The notes: generated by a model not told the origin, from the letters alone. A DNA stretch of 64,000 nt from Octopus vulgaris (GCA_951406725.2 OX597829.1:14260001-14324000), one strand, 5' to 3'; counted from the stretch's first letter, positions 38,157 through 53,437 are shown. Made by a program: numbers and translations.

Positions 38157-38559
38157 TCTATATATATAAAGCTGAAGTTGTCTCTGTGTGTGTGTGTGGC
38201 AGGTTTGGTAGCCTTCAACTAACATTATCTCCTCCGAGACCTTGCAGCGTAAGTTGACCAAAATTGAGAGTATGATAGAAGAAGGCTTGCTCTTCATTCT
38301 GTAGAAGAAAAAATTCAAATTGGACCATGTTAAGACCAAAAGTTATTTACATCAAAAAGGTGCTTTTGTCTATGAAAATCCTTATTTTTTACGATTTTTT
38401 GACTGCTGTGTCGCCATTTTTCGGTGTATTTCAATCAGAAAAATGTTCACTTAAAGAGAATAACAAGCTAGATAATGCAAAAGTTTTACTTTTTAAAAAT
38501 TCCAATTCTAAAGGGTCGAAAAGAAAACAAACACGAGCAACGCCGGGCTATACTGCTAG
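38157..38559 (+). mobile_element. Non-autonomous Helitron (related family)
   Basis: A|TCTATATATATAAAGCTGAAGTTG ... CGAGCAACGCCGGGCTATACTGCTAG|T; termini shared with 316-1293. Confidence 0.85.
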
Positions 38560-39417
38560 TACTCAATAAAATCACCATGTATGATCTTACTGTTTCTTTT
38601 GTCTCTTCATTGATTGTATTATTAAAATTTGTTATGTTAATATATTTGTCTGCATGTGTTTACTTCATGCGTATTTCAGTATTATGTATACCTTTCCAAT
38701 TATTGATTATGATGCTTAATCCCTAAAACAGCCCTGATGATCCAAAAACCAATTTCAACTGTGACCATCATGTCCTAGTTTTTAATCATCGAGTAAAATT
38801 ACTATACAATGTCATTTATGGGGGAAGGGATTAAGAGAATAGTGTGTACTTTGAAGGAGATTTAACTAATTTATAGTAAGTCAGTACCTATTAGATTGTC
38901 TATCTATAAGCGAATATTCCATTCTAGTTTGTTTCTGCACATATCTTGTGTATGTCTGATCGGCGCCGTCTGACAGACGAGGTCTACGAGGTTGCTGGCC
39001 AACCATATCCTATGTTTAGACACGTTTAGATGTCCTGGCATGTTTATACGTTTCTAATTTGAGTCGCAACCCAAATTAGAAGAGCGCTATAAAATTCTAA
39101 AAAAAATGTAGTGAAGACATTCTTCTTTTTTTCTGAAATATTTGATTAATCGTAAAATGCTGGCGAATATGTTATGCAGTAAATAATTCATAAGACGCAT
39201 AAAAGCCACCACATAACATTTCATGTAAAGTAAAAAGAGTCAGGAAATACTTCGTCAAAATAAATCAAGATTATCAAGCGTTAGTTTTATAATTTTTTTA
39301 GGAAAGATGTTTTTTTTTATTTAAAAATTTTAAACTAAAGGTACAAATGGGTGGTGAAGGTAAGCAGTTGGGAGCTTGCAGAACTAAAGCAACATTAGGT
39401 ATATAAATATATGCGTG

Positions 39418-39472
<55 letters not shown>

Positions 39473-39544
39473 CGGTGCATCAACATGGCCGCAGCTCTGA
39501 GCTGAAGCTAGAAAAAAGAAGTATATATATATATATATATATAC

Positions 39545-39945
39545 TCTTTTACTCTTTTATTTGTTTCAGTCATTTCACTGTGGCCATGCTGGACCACCGC
39601 TTTTAGTCGAGCAAATCGACCCCAGGACTTATTCTTTGTAAGCCTAGTACTTATTCTATCGGTCTCTTTTGTCGAACCACTAAGTTACGGGGACTTAAAC
39701 ACACTAGCATCGATTGTCAATCGATGTTGAGGGGACAACCACAGACACACACACACACACATATACACACATATATATACGTTAATACGACAGGCTTCTT
39801 ATCAGTTTCCGTCTACCAAATCCACTCACAAGGCTTTGGTCTGCGCGAGGCTATAGTAGAAGACACTTGCCCAAGGTGTCACGCAGTGGGACTGAACCCG
39901 GAACCATGTGGTTCACAAGCAAGCTACTTACCACACAGCCACTCT
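39545..39945 (-). mobile_element. tRNA-derived SINE family A, full length
   Basis: Head GAGTGGCTGTGTGGTAAG...GGTTCAGTCCC, body and CR1-like tail; a second partial copy follows at 39990-40190. Confidence 0.82.
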
Positions 39946-40210
39946 TACGAACATAGATGCAAGCATTGGTGTTTGTATGTATATACATATTCTTTTATTT
40001 GCTTCAGTCATTTTACTGTGACCATGCTGGAGCACCGCCTTTAGTCGAGCAAATCAACCCCAGAACTTATTCTTTTTAAGCCTAGCACTTATTTTATCGG
40101 CCTCTTTTGCCGAACCACTAAGTTACGGGGGAACATAAACACAACAGTATCGGTTTTCAAGCGATGGTTGGGGGACAAACACAGAACAACAAACATACAC
40201 ACACACACAT

Positions 40211-40241
<31 letters not shown>

Positions 40242-40248
40242 TATACAG

Positions 40249-40330
<82 letters not shown>

Positions 40331-40611
40331 CTTTTTATTGTAGCCACACAGGGCTAAACACAGAATACAAATGGACGAAATACAATGTAGAATTTTTTCT
40401 TTTCAAGGTGGGATGGGTGGGGCACAAAAAAAAAACGTTTGATCAATAGGGATCTGTGGGTTGTGTGGTGTATAAAATAGCAATATATATATATAAAGTT
40501 CACAGTTTAGGTGTAGCCTTGGAAAGAAAAACCTACAAAAAAGACCAAGGTCACCTCAGACAGAAAATGAACACATGAGTAAGTCGCCTTACTTCTCGTT
40601 GTCTCTTTTGG

Positions 40612-43600
40612 TTACAGATTTATGCTTAAAATAGTGTCGTCTTTCATACTGACCATTTTTGCCACTTTTACCCACTTTTTATTAAAACATTCGTTCGACA
40701 AAGCCTTCCTCTCTATTCCCATCCTCCTTTTCAAGTGGTACTTGAAAAAGTTGACGAGAGACTGACCAGAGAGGAAGGTGTTTGTTTGCAGTCCTTTCAA
40801 ACGCGTCCACCACACACATTCTTTCGCCATAGCCATCAGCGTAACGAAAACCGTTTTCCCTTCCCGTTTAAAGGAAGGTGGTGGAACAATATCTATGATA
40901 GACTCGGCCGATAGGCGAGCCTGACCTACACGTGACAACAGCTGTTCGACGAAGGACCACATCTCTGAAATATCTGGACACTGTACGAGTGCGTGCAGAA
41001 CGGTTTCGTCGCTCTGACCACATCTCGGGCATGTCGGTCCGGTGATGGTTTTCGAACCGTGCCTGTAGCTCTTCTCTCGAACAGGTAGTGCGTCTCGATA
41101 GCATTGCCAAGCCAGGGATTTCTGGAAGTTATCCATAGGCCCCGGCCCGAACGTCGTCCTGTACAGGCGGGTTTGGAATTTCTCGTCGACGCCCAGGTTT
41201 GCCCCGCGTGTGTCGTCGGACCTCCCCTCCAATAGTCCTCTATAGAACGCTTTAGTCCTTTGTAAGTTGCACAAGTTTGACCCCGGTCGGCAGAGCTGCT
41301 GTAGAGCTTGGCGGTACTCTCGGTGCCAATCGCCCAGTTTCGGTCTCTTCTTGATCCACGCTTGCAGTTCGGTCAGTTAGACGAGCTGCGGGAAGGCGCG
41401 CTTCACAAACGGCACCCACACCTGTTCACCGACGTCGATGAAGTTCCAGAGATGCCGCAGTCTCAGCGCATGCCTGCGCATCATCACCCACGGCATGCCC
41501 AGTACTCCATTCAACAAATTGACAGCAAATGGACTTCCTCACCATCAGAATGCCACCCTTCCACAGGAAGCGGAAGAGTATGCGTTCCAGTTTGGTGATG
41601 GTGGCGTCGGGACAAGGTACGGCGGTCAGGCGGTAATTGATGACGGATGCGATGTACAAGTTCGCCACCTCCGCCTGGCCTTTTAGAGACAGCTTTCTCT
41701 CGGCCCATGTTTGGCTGAGAGCGACCACTCTACTCGTGATCTCGTCCCAGTTCCTATACATTTGGAGGTCCGGACTGAACCAGACCCCGAGCAATTTAAC
41801 CGGTCCGTCCGTCCAGCGTCCCACTACTGAGCCGCAGTCGGATGGCATGGGCTTGCTTCTCCAGGTGCCGAGTAGCAAACCCACTGACTTTTCGGGGTTA
41901 ATATTCGCTCCCGTCACCGTTTCGTATTTTCTTAGTGTCTCGCCGATCATCTGGATGTGTTTGTCGCTCGACACTATGACGGTGACATCGTACGCATATG
42001 CCGACACGCTCGTCCCGCAACCCAGTTCCCGTGGGATGCCCCTCAGTGTCGCCAGCTTCCGTTGTAGCGGCTCGAGAGTCAATACATACAGAAGCGCCGA
42101 CAGGGGACACGGACCGAACGCGTGATGTCAAACGGTTTCGACAGGTGACCGTTCGCCCGATCACCGACCGGATGCCGCTATACAAGGCAGCGATCCAACC
42201 GCGGAAGACGGGACCGAAGCCAGCCGCCCTAAGGACGGCCGCCAAGTACCGATGGTCGACCCTATCGAAGGCTTTAGACTGATCCAAATTGATTAGCCCC
42301 ACCCATGCCAGGATCCTTAACTACCCTGTCCACAATGTAGCGCATCAGATGGAGGTTGTCATGTATGGTTCTGCCCGGCACGGCGCATGTTTGCACACTG
42401 TCGACCAGTTTACCAATGACAAGCGCCAACCTCTCGGCTATTACTTTGGCCAAAATTTTCAAATCTGCGTTGAGCAGAGTGATGGGCCTGAAATTTTCTA
42501 TAAAATTCCCCTTGTTTGGGTCTTTCTTCAGCAACGTCACTGCACCTCAGCTCACGAAACCGAGGATTCTCCCATTTTGTTGCCAGTTGCAGTAGACTGA
42601 TGCCAAGAGGTCGCCAAACAAGTCTGGCATTTGACAATACAGCTCGTAGGGTAAACCATCCAATCCAGGCGACTTATCCCTCACGCAGCTCGCCATCACA
42701 TCCTGCACGTCAGCGGCTGTGATGGGACTTTCACAATACTCCGCTTCTCTTGCCGAGAGCCGCTGCAGGTCGGTCAGGTAGGCACTGAGATCCATCCCGC
42801 GTTCCGACCCACCACTCGCACCAAACAGTCGAGCAAAGTGCTGTTGAAAGGCCTCACACATCCGTTCGGGTTCGAGTAAACTGCATCCCTGTTGATCTAT
42901 TAGAGACCGAATGGTGGCTCTGTTGCCACGCTGCGCCTCCGCTACCCGGGCCTCTCGCGCAGCTTCGATCTCTTCGTTTCTTAAGGCACGCATTTTAGCT
43001 CTGACAACGCAACCTTCGTGCTTGACGTTGAGGTGTTGGTCGAGGGCCATCCTCGCAGCCAGCACGTTGGTTGCGCTGCCAGTGCTAAGTGCCCCCTTCT
43101 AGTTTCTTAACCAGGTCTCCCTCTACTCTATTTCGATCTATCGCTAATTCCTTGCTAAACCTAATTGATTCCGATTTTATTGCCATTTTCAGGGTGAACC
43201 ACAAGCGGTTGTTAACGACGGCTCCCGTCAGCGCCCTCTTAATTAACTCGCTAATCCGGTTCGCGCTAAGAGCGACGTGTTGAGTTTCCAGTAACCGGGA
43301 CCCTGTCTATGTGTCTTATCTAAGTCGAGCGTACACGTCACAAATTTGTGATCTGTGTAGCTGACTATTTTAAATTCTGGACATTCTACACTATCCCTAT
43401 CCGCTGTCCTGCATAGAAATCTATCTAGATAAGATCTCGACGATCCGACGCGTTTTGTCCAATTCCACGTTGGCACGTTCGGATGGTCGAGTCGGAACCT
43501 GTCAGACAAATGGAAACGTCTGAGTAGGTCTTTGAGGCACTTACACCCCCTTCTATTCCTATCCATTCCCACATAATCTAGATGCGTGTCCAAGGTAGCG

Positions 43601-44028
43601 TTCCAATCCCCTACAAACAGTAAAGGTCTAGACGTACCCAGGAAAACCTCTAGACGTCTGAAGAAATCCGCCCGACCCGTTAAGGACGGTGCATAAACTG
43701 CCATCAGACGGAATGCACACCCATTTCTGCCATCCACGTCCAAGACAACCAGCCTACCCTCCGGGTCTAGGAATATTGTTCTTACTTTTACATTTAGACA
43801 CTTTCGAAAAAGCACCGCGGTACCTCCACCACCCATGTTCGGCAGACAGGGAGAAAAATAAATGTCAAATTGATCGCCAAACATGGACGCGAGGGCCCGC
43901 GGCTTGCTGAGTCTGGTTTCACTGATTGCTACTATAGCCACGTTCAGTGACTTGATGTCGTTTAGAAGGTAACCTTGCTTCCAAGCCGAGGCCAAGCCAC
44001 GCGCATTCACACAACCTAATTTAAGCAT
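40612..44028 (-). pseudogene. Tx1-like ORF2 (APE-RT), frameshifted
   Basis: Fragments 43243-44028 (APE domain), 42547-43065, 42274-42540, 41898-42302, 41426-42082 (YAYD replaces YADD) and 40612-41274. Confidence 0.93.
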
Positions 44029-44094
44029 AATTGATGTTTACGAAAATTGTGTTTCACACACTACTTTGGAAGAGACAAGAGGCAAGAGGGAAGG

Positions 44095-46000
44095 TCACTT
44101 ACTCATTTCGAAAGTTTCAGTTTTTTCTTCTTCTTTTGTAGTGTCTTTGATGAGGTGTTTGTATAGTTTTTTGGAGAGGTAACGTTGAAACCCGCCTACT
44201 GCATTTGGAAATATTGTTTCATTGTATGGTGTTGTGTTTGTATTATGTGTACAATTTTTATGTGATTCGGTGGTGTGGTGCGCGGATGATTGTTTGTCTT
44301 AAAGTCATCTTCACAGATGTCCATGTTGGATACAATATAATCCATTAATTTTTTATTGTCTGTGTCTATTGCAGTTAGTTGTGTGTGTGGTTTTGCGGGT
44401 TCATTGAGTTTTTGATTGTCTATGGGGATGCTGTCCGGAGTTAAATATCTCCCTGCTTTACTTCCTTGTTTGGTGGGCTTTTTTTATCTTTTACTTTTAC
44501 CCCCTGTGGCTATTTGCCATTCCGTCGAACTTTCGTCGTCCGACGAATCAGAATGGGATAAAGGCAAAGCATTTGCGTTAATATGTATGCTTGTAGAAAT
44601 TGTTGATGTTTTGTGCGGTGTTTGTGTTGTTGTGGTGTTAGGGGTAGAATTTGTCTTCTTGTCACTGTTTTCTGTCTTTTTAATTGTCGTCCTGGGTGTG
44701 GGTGTGGGTCTATTTATTGTTTGTGACCTCAACGGTGATTGTGTTGGTACTGTTTTTCTTGGTGATGTTGTTGGGGTTTGTTTGCTGGTTTGTTGTTTTT
44801 CTTGGAATTGTTCCATAATTGAGTGTGTTGGTGTTGGTGTTGGTGTTGGCAACAAGGGTTTTTTATTTGTTTTCTGATTTGTTCTTTCTTGTTTTTTCTG
44901 TGCCAGAGCGCACTTGGCAATTAAATGATCTGGGCTGCCACAGTTGTAGCATCTAGGCTTTTTGCCTTCTGCTACAACATATAGGCGTTGCCCATTTTCT
45001 AGGTGGATCCTATCAGGTAGGTTCTCGATAGAGGCCCCCTCAATCTGGATGGTCACTACTATTGTTTTACCACCCCAATTGTCGTTTTTGTACACGACGG
45101 TTTCTAATATATTTATCTTTTTCAAATGGTAACAGATTGCCCCTGTTATCCATTTGTTAGGTATCTCGGGGGGTACATTTTTAATGCTAATTCTACTCAC
45201 TCTCTGGCCTTTGTAATATGGTACCATGATGATTTCATCATTTTGCAGACTCCTTAGAGTGAGCTTTTGCCACTTCCTGGTAAGGGAAGCGGACCACCAC
45301 TGTATTAAACTGGGGACCCCAGTTTATACATTCTTTTTTTTCATTATGCTTTTTAAATACTTTTCTATGTCCGTTTTTGTAATCTGTTCATTTTGTTTTT
45401 TTGTTTTTTCTTATAATTTTATATATAATTGTCTTATTTTCTATTTGTTCCTTTATGTGTTGAGGTGTATGCAGCACTAAATCCCGCCCTTGTGTTGTAA
45501 AGAGAGCTCTCGTTTCTATTAACTCTCCATTCGTAAATTTTACTATTCCTTTTTTCTGACGCAGAGTGTCAGCGAAATTTACTGTTGTTGTTGATTCTTT
45601 TATATTAAGATCTTCACTATTAGATAGTAAGATATTTATTTCATTTTTATTGTTGTTCTTGTTGTTGTTGTTGTTTTTGTTAATAGTATTCGCGTGAGTT
45701 TCATTTTTATCATTTATGTTGGTCGTGGTTGTGGTGGTGGTGAAGGTGGTGGTGGTAGCAGTAGTAGGCTAGTTGTTGTTGTTGTTAGTGGTGGTGGTGG
45801 TGGTGGTGGTGGTGGTGGTGGTGGTGGTGGTGGTGGTGACAGGGCTGTTACCGCAAGTGATTGCAGCGTTCACTACCACGTCATTCAGGTTTGCACTTTT
45901 TCGTACATAAGTTCTTTTTTTGTCCTAGCGATTCCAGACTAGGAAAAAGCTGGTCCATAAAGGAACGCGACCAGCGTTCTACAATAATATTTCTCGACAT
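44095..46000 (-). pseudogene. Tx1-like ORF1, disrupted
   Basis: 44484-45227 encodes CYNCGSPDHLIAKC and a Thr/Pro-rich region matching copy 1. Confidence 0.85.
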
Positions 46001-46202
46001 TTTTTAATGTCGAGAAGAAAAATACACAAATTAAATAGTGTTGAAATTGCCCCTAGGGGCGAATTCCTCCCTTGGAAAAGCACTCAAACGAAAGTTGGGT
46101 GCCTTACACACCTTATTTACAAAAATGTACATAAAATATGGGCTATAAATAGTCAAAATAAACGATTACCTTCGGAGCCGAGGTGACGTCCGTCGATAGA
46201 TA

Positions 46203-46249
<47 letters not shown>

Positions 46250-46329
46250 CATACATACATACATACATACATACATACATACATACATACATACATACAT
46301 ACATACATACATACATACATACATACATG

Positions 46330-46702
46330 ATGATGGCTGCCCCCTCGTTATCGAGTATGGCCATTGAACGAGGCTTAACTGTTATTGGTGCTGTGATCGA
46401 ATGTGAATTTTATTTGCTTTTTTCAGTTGAGACTCACAGCACCATCAACAATCATGAACAATGTTGTTATCATGCAATGCCCGGGAAAGAAGATTTTTTT
46501 TAAAGTGAGGAAAGGCTGTGCATTGAGTCAATCCCACTCACTAAGCAACAGCAGCCATAATCCGAAAAGAAAAACAAGTCAACATCATCAGTAACCACTG
46601 AGCCGCAGGTTTTATGTCGGAGTTATCCCAGTTACCTGAGTTACCTTCTCCTAGAAGGATGCCCTGACAAAGGCTGGGAGTCCTTCACTTCCAATGGTTT
46701 AA
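46330..46702 (-). mobile_element. Truncated copy of the bipartite RTE-derived element, within (CATA)n
   Basis: Highly similar to 30481-30775. Confidence 0.7.
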
Positions 46703-47208
46703 CATACATACATACATACATACATACATACATACATACATACATACATACATACATACATACATACATAGAAACTATTGTTTGTTTTTGTGCGTGTGTA
46801 TGTGTGTATGTTTTGCAAGATTTTTAATGTGAATTGTTATGTTGAAACATTTTGCTGTATCTTGGGGCGTTCATAACGCCAATATTAAACGCCAGTACTG
46901 GTTCAACTTCACTTCTTTATAACTAGTCAATTGGTTAATTATTTAGCCAATACACAAATTAATTTGTTTGCTTAATCACTTAGTTAATTTGTTTGTCAAA
47001 AGTTTTTCGTTCCCAATCATGATCTTACCGATGCCCTCTCTACGCCAAGTCTGCTTCAAATTTGAATATCTATTATATCTATACACAGATAATATCTGGA
47101 ATTGAGATCTTTCTCACTTTTCTAATAAATTCCACCACAATCCCTTCCCCACCTTCTCTCTCTTTTTTCATTTTCTTTACACTTACTTTAAATCTTAAAT
47201 ACTCTATC

Positions 47209-48046
47209 GGATCTTTTCGGTTTGAGCGGCAGTTTTTAACATAATTTCTAGGTAACTAAAAAATGTTAAACTTCGTATACTGGTAGAATATGTTTATAAA
47301 ACATCTTTTTCTCTTGGCTTTATTGAGAAAATTCTAGAGTTTGTAAGATATTTGTTGTTGTTTTTCTGCAATTTCTGCGATTTCAACCAATCAGTAACGT
47401 CTATTGCGGTAAAGAACATTCTGTGCCGTATGAATATGTCCCTCGTTTAAGGAACAGATTGGGTTTATTTACATTTGTGAAGAAAAAAAGATACCCTTCC
47501 CCCAACCCTAACCCTAACTAACCCTAAATCTAAAATAGACTCTAATGCAATAGATCGATACTAGGGTCATAATTATGGGTGACAATTTCATATGACACCG
47601 CTAGAAAAAACTGCCATTTTCTCTAGCGGTATCATATGAAATTGTCACCTATAATTATGACCCTAGTATCGATCTATTGCATTTCAGTCTATTTTAGATT
47701 TAGGGTTAGTTAAGGTTACTTAGGGTTAGGGTTAGGATTAAGGTTAGGGATGGGGGAAGGGTATCTTTTTTTCATCACAAATGTAAATAAACCCAATCTG
47801 TTTCTTAAACGAGGGACATATTCATACGGCACAGAATGTTCTTTACAGCAATAGACGTTACTGATTGGTTGAAATCGCAGAAATTGCAGAAAAACAACAA
47901 CAAATATCTTACAAACTATAGAATTTTCTCAATAAAGCCAATAGAAAAAGATGTTTTATAAACACATTCTACCAGTATACGAAGTTTAAAATTGTTTAGT
48001 TACCTAGAAATTATGTTTAAAACTGCCGTTCAAACCGAAAAGATCC
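47209..48046. mobile_element. Foldback MITE-like element with internal TTAGGG tracts (copy 2)
   Basis: GGATCTTTTCGGTTTG...CAAACCGAAAAGATCC; flanks ACTCTATC and TCTCTATC. Confidence 0.88.
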
Positions 48047-49797
48047 TCTCTATCTCTTCCATTTCTTCCGCTATCCTTTCTGTTGCTATCTTTCGTTTTT
48101 TCACTCCCTCTCTTTCCCTCCCCATTTTTCTACTTATCTATGTGTCTGTCTATCTCTTTCTTTTTCTTTCTCACTCTCTCTCTCTTTCCCTTTCTCCCCT
48201 TCTCTCTCTTTCTCTCCCTCTCTCTCTTCTTTTTTCTTATTTTACCAGTTTGTCACCAGACAAACAACTTTCTACCAACAAATAAATTAGTTTTTAAAAC
48301 AAACACAGTCTGTCAAGAGGGTAGGGGAGTGTCGATGGTGGTAATGGCTGTGCTGGGAGTGATGGTGGTGGTAATGGTGGAGCTGCTGGTGCTGGTCGTG
48401 GATACCGATCCTTCAAAAGTCTGAAGAGGTTATTTATGCTGTGTCACGTCCAAAACCTGATCCAATCACAAATAAAGAGAAAGAGGAGGTGGGGTGACGA
48501 GATTCAGAGGAAGTAACGAGATGTGAGGATGAGAGTAAGAGAAACAGAAGAAATAGAGGGTAGCGGGAGGAGGAGGAGGAGAATGAGTTGAAGAAGCAGA
48601 GAGTAAGGTTGGTTTCAGAAAGGAGGAGGAGCAGGAGGAGAAGGAGAAGGAAAAAAGTAATTAGAGAAACAAGATACAAAAGTACGGGGAAAAGGTGGAG
48701 AAATATGAAAATAAATAAAACAATTGAATAATTAAAGATAAGGCACCACCACCAACACCTTCACCTCCATTACCGACACCATAATCTCCATCGTCACCAC
48801 CAACAACAACAGCAACAACACCATCACTACCAACATCATCATCAAAACCAATACCTCAATACCATCATTATCATCACCATCATTATCAACATCCCCACCT
48901 TCAAAACTGTATCACCTATTTTTGTTTGTTATTGTTGTTGTTGTTTTGGGGGGTGGAGCTTCTAGGGAGAGGGTGATTCAGTTTCAAATAGACGGCTAAC
49001 AGATTATTTGTAAGGATGTAACTAAAGGGAAATTGGCTGCTATTTCGAACAGGTCGAGTGACTGCATTAGAAAACAGCTCTTCCTTCTAAGAGTACAAAG
49101 AGGCGGTGAAAAGTAATAGGGTTAAACCCCTTAACAAGCAAACAAACAAACAAAACAGAAACAAAAAGATCACGTGAATATAGCAATATAACTATAAAAA
49201 ATAATTTTAAAAATAATAAAAATAATTAATAATATCGATAGATGAATGAATAAATAATGGAAATAATGGATTGAGCGAAACTGAAGAGATATGTTTGTCG
49301 TGTAGAGTGTTGTTATTGTGTGGTGCTGTATGGTGGTGGCCTATCGATCAGCGAGTTTGCCCCTACCATATGCCTTAAAGTACTTCAGATTTCTTCGGAT
49401 GACGGATTTGATAAAAGATGGTTCATTGTATTCCCCGGCCAAAGGAAAGAGAGGAGCGGGACGATGAGAATTGCTGGTTGGCTGGTTAATTGGTTGGTTT
49501 TGAGTTTGGCTGGTCGTTGCTTTCTGTGACGAAATCAATGGAGGAGGTGTGAGCTTATTTCACGATGGATCTAACCCCAAATAATTTGGGTTCTTTTTTA
49601 TTTTTAATATATATGTGGGGGTGATGTTTGTATGTATGCATGTGTGTATGTGTGTGTATGTGTGTGTATCTATACATGTTCGCATGAGTGTATTTGCCTT
49701 ACCAACGTAGAACAAGACCGTTTCTTTGGAGTTTTATCATACACATATGCATACACATACACACACATATATACACACATACATACACACACATACA

Positions 49798-49829
<32 letters not shown>

Positions 49830-50573
49830 TATGCATTTATGTATGGATGTATGAATGTACGGATGAATGTGTGTGTGCGTGTGTGTGTATCAACGTGTCT
49901 GTCATCAGCCTAATATCAATGAACAAATCCGTCCATCCGTCTGTCTGTCTGTAAGTCCCGCTCTCCGTTCGCCACTCTTTCTTTCTCTGTACCTCCATCG
50001 TTCCCTACCCCCGTCCCCCACCCACTCTCTCTATCTATCTATCTTATCCATCTGTTTATCTATCTGTGTACCTGTCTGTCTGTTTGTCTCAGACTGAAAA
50101 CAAGAATTATGTAAAACTAAGGTCAGAGTTGAAAAAAGGGGCCAAAAAGATAACGAAGAGGATGGGAGGAGCTGAGAGGAATATTTTGGTCAACGTTTTT
50201 TTATTTATTTATAATTTCATGTATTTATTTATTTATTTTTCTCCTCTACACCAGTAAGTATTTAAATTCTCATTAAAAACGGATGGTGAGGAGAGAGTTG
50301 ATGACAAGGTGGAGAGCCTGGTGACAGGTTGTGTACATGGTACTGGGTGAATCATGTCTTGAAAGACACACACACAAGCACGAGAACACACATTAACACA
50401 TATACACACACCATAGAAACAGGTCTTCACATTAACGAACACAACCTCAACACCTTCTTTTGTGTTTTCTCTCATTTATTTCTACTGATTTTGTTGTTTT
50501 CCGTTTAGTCTTTAATGAAAAGAAACAAAAGGTAGATTGATAGATATAATTTTTGTGTGTATATGTGTATGTG

Positions 50574-50610
<37 letters not shown>

Positions 50611-51598
50611 ATAAATGTATGTAGGTTTATCTTTTGTATGTGCATATTTGCCTCTGTGTGTGTTCGTGTATGTGTGTTCGTGTGTATCTCTGTATATTTG
50701 TGTCTATGTATATCTAATATGTCTATTCGTGTGCGTTTGTGTATTTTTAGTTTTTCTTGAGTGTTGTGGGAGCGGGAGATGGGATGGCGAATATGTTAAT
50801 TCGACAAGGTCGGAGCTATGTCCATAGCTGTATTGAGAGTGAAAGTTTGGTCGGTCGTGGGGTCAGGTTAGTGTGGTTAATATTAAGACTTTGAGGTGCT
50901 GAAAAGGTCGATATCTCGTGAGAACACATTAGTATGAAAGGGGGCACGCGCGTACATACATCATATATATACATGTATTGATAAGCATATCGTAAGTGTA
51001 CACACACTCACACATACATACAAGCATACACACACATCGATAGATAGATAAACATATTTATATACATATATACATATATATACGTATATGTAGATAGACA
51101 GGTGTACGCACACACATATGTATGTGTATAGATGCATGTGTGTGTATATGAGACAAAGAGAAAGGGAGTGGGGGTGTTTACAAAGAAATTTGGTTGAAAA
51201 CAATAGGAAAATACTACAAACGAACCGTACAACCTTAATTCCTTTCTCTGTTGTCGTCTGGAAATCATTACAATTTTGATACCGGAGAAAGAAAGAGAGA
51301 GAGAGAGAGGGGGGGAGAAAGAAAGAGGATGGAAAGGAGAGAAAGGGCGAAGTAGATATTGTGAATAAGAAACTGGGGTGCGTAAAAAGGTCTTGTTCCT
51401 TCTAGATATTTTGAGGATAAATATGTCAAACTCTCCATCTGTATCTCTATCAATCAATACAGCACACACACATACACACACATACAGAAACACGTACATA
51501 TGCCTTTTTTATCTGCATAAATATGCATGTATGTATATGTATATATGTGTGTGCGTGTGTGTCTGCGTGTGTGCATATATACATATGTATATATATGC

Positions 51599-51718
<120 letters not shown>

Positions 51719-51826
51719 GTATGTATGCATGTATGTAAGCACGTATGTATGTATCTGTGTATGTATGTCTGCACGTATGTATAGGGAAAGGCTTCTTTGA
51801 AGAGTTTCAGCTGTTGTGTGTGTGTG

Positions 51827-51867
<41 letters not shown>

Positions 51868-52827
51868 TATATATATATATACATACACACACTTAGAGAC
51901 TCACATATGTACATAGATATGTATGAGTTGTTTCTTTGTTTCATATCTATATGTATGCATATAAGTGTGTGCATACGTGTATGCGTCTGTGTATCTCTCT
52001 ATGTTCGTGTATGTGTGTGTGTCTACGTGTGCGTGCGCGCGTGTGTGTGTTTCTTCTCGTACTCCCTTCCCCAGTTCAGTACCATCATGCTTCATCATTA
52101 AGTTATTCAGAATCACGAAACCACATAATCCACCACCATCACCACCACTATTCTCATTCCTCCAAGCAACACTCCTATCACCACCACATTACTTCCACCA
52201 ACCCCCACCAATATTGTCCACCCCTTCATCGTCCACAGCTCCCCACCTCTTCCACCATCTTCCATCACCCCGCCCCATCGTCCTCGCCTCAAAGTTCATC
52301 CACCCTCACCATCGTCCATCCCCATCATCGCCTACTCCCCACCATCGCCCACGCCCCACTATCGTTCACTCCTGCTATCATCCACCCACCTCCAAATTGC
52401 CCATCCGTACACCATCGCCCACCCATGCATAATCGTTCACCCCGCCTCATCGTCCTCTACAGCCGCCACCCTCATCTATTCTATATTCATTAATTAATTT
52501 ACTTCAAACACCAGTTGCCACCCACTCCACCTCTTACTCTAACACCGGGTTACATATGGTATAACAACTGACGCAAATACACACATATACATATATACAC
52601 GCAGACGCACACACATGAACAAGCACAATAAGTAATGCATGCTCATGCAACATACATACAGGACGCATAAATATTATACGCAGGAGACATACTGACATAA
52701 AACGAAACTGCACGCACAAGAAACTTGCTTCTCAACCATGATTCAGTCCCATTGCGTGACACCTTGAGCAAGTGTCTTCTACTATAGCCTCGGGACGACC
52801 AAAGCCGGAAACTGAAAGAAGCCGGTC

Positions 52828-52883
<56 letters not shown>

Positions 52884-52886
<3 letters not shown>

Positions 52887-53075
52887 TATATTGTTGTATT
52901 TCGGAATGGTCATTTTTTGCCAGTTTAGCCAATAAAAACACACGCACTATATATTTGGTGTTACTTTGCTTCAGTGTTATTTATTTTTTACATTAAACTT
53001 AATATATAGTGCGTGCGTTTTTATTGGCTAAACTGGCAAAATGACCATTCCGAAACACAACAATATCTGTTTCAA
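52884..53075. repeat. Short foldback repeat (related sequence at 58300-58610)
   Basis: TTCGGAATGGTCATTTT...CGCACTATAT inverted against ATATAGTGCG...AAAATGACCATTCCGAA. Confidence 0.75.
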
Positions 53076-53134
53076 CACACGATTTCACATAAAAAATCTT
53101 GCACAACAAATATATAAACGTATATATATATATA

Positions 53135-53435
53135 TCATCGTGATCACCGTGACCGACCAGACTATCAGACTACACATCGCTGGTCACAATGCACTTCGCA
53201 TTGTTGCCTTCAAATGACGCCACCCCGCTGGGTAAGCTAGCAGGCCAACAGAAGAAAGAGTGAGAGAAAGTTGTGGCGAAAGAGTACAGCAGGGATCGTC
53301 ACCACCCTCTGTCGGAGCCTTGTGGAGCTTTAGGTGTTTTCGCTCATTAAACACTCACAACGCCCGGTTTGGGAATCGAAACCGCGATCCTACAACCGCG
53401 AGTCCGCTGCCCTAACCACTGGGTCATTGCGCCTC

Positions 53436-53437
<2 letters not shown>
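53135..53437 (-). mobile_element. tRNA-derived SINE (family C)
   Basis: Minus strand GGAGGCGCAATGACCCAGTGGTTAGGGC...GGTTTCGATTCCC; tail GGTCGGTCACGGTGATCACGATGA. Confidence 0.75.

Larger units (their letters stand above)
40330..46194 (-). mobile_element. Tx1/L1-clade LINE, copy 2 (apparently full length, ~5.9 kb, decayed)
   Basis: ORF1 46000-44095 and ORF2 44028-40612 carry APE, RT and zinc motifs; both ends abut (GATA)n. Confidence 0.95.

Noticed and set aside
49341-50360. Possible host exons (ORF 49341-49538; AG-preceded segment near 50255-50362)
   Set aside because: No recognisable domain or consistent splice chain; cannot be supported without RNA data.
51936-52493. His/Pro-rich ORFs
   Set aside because: Low-complexity CCA/CAT-rich sequence joined to GT repeats.
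53330-53437. tRNA gene
   Set aside because: The tRNA-like head runs into a SINE body and lacks a complete cloverleaf; the same applies to the other SINE heads.
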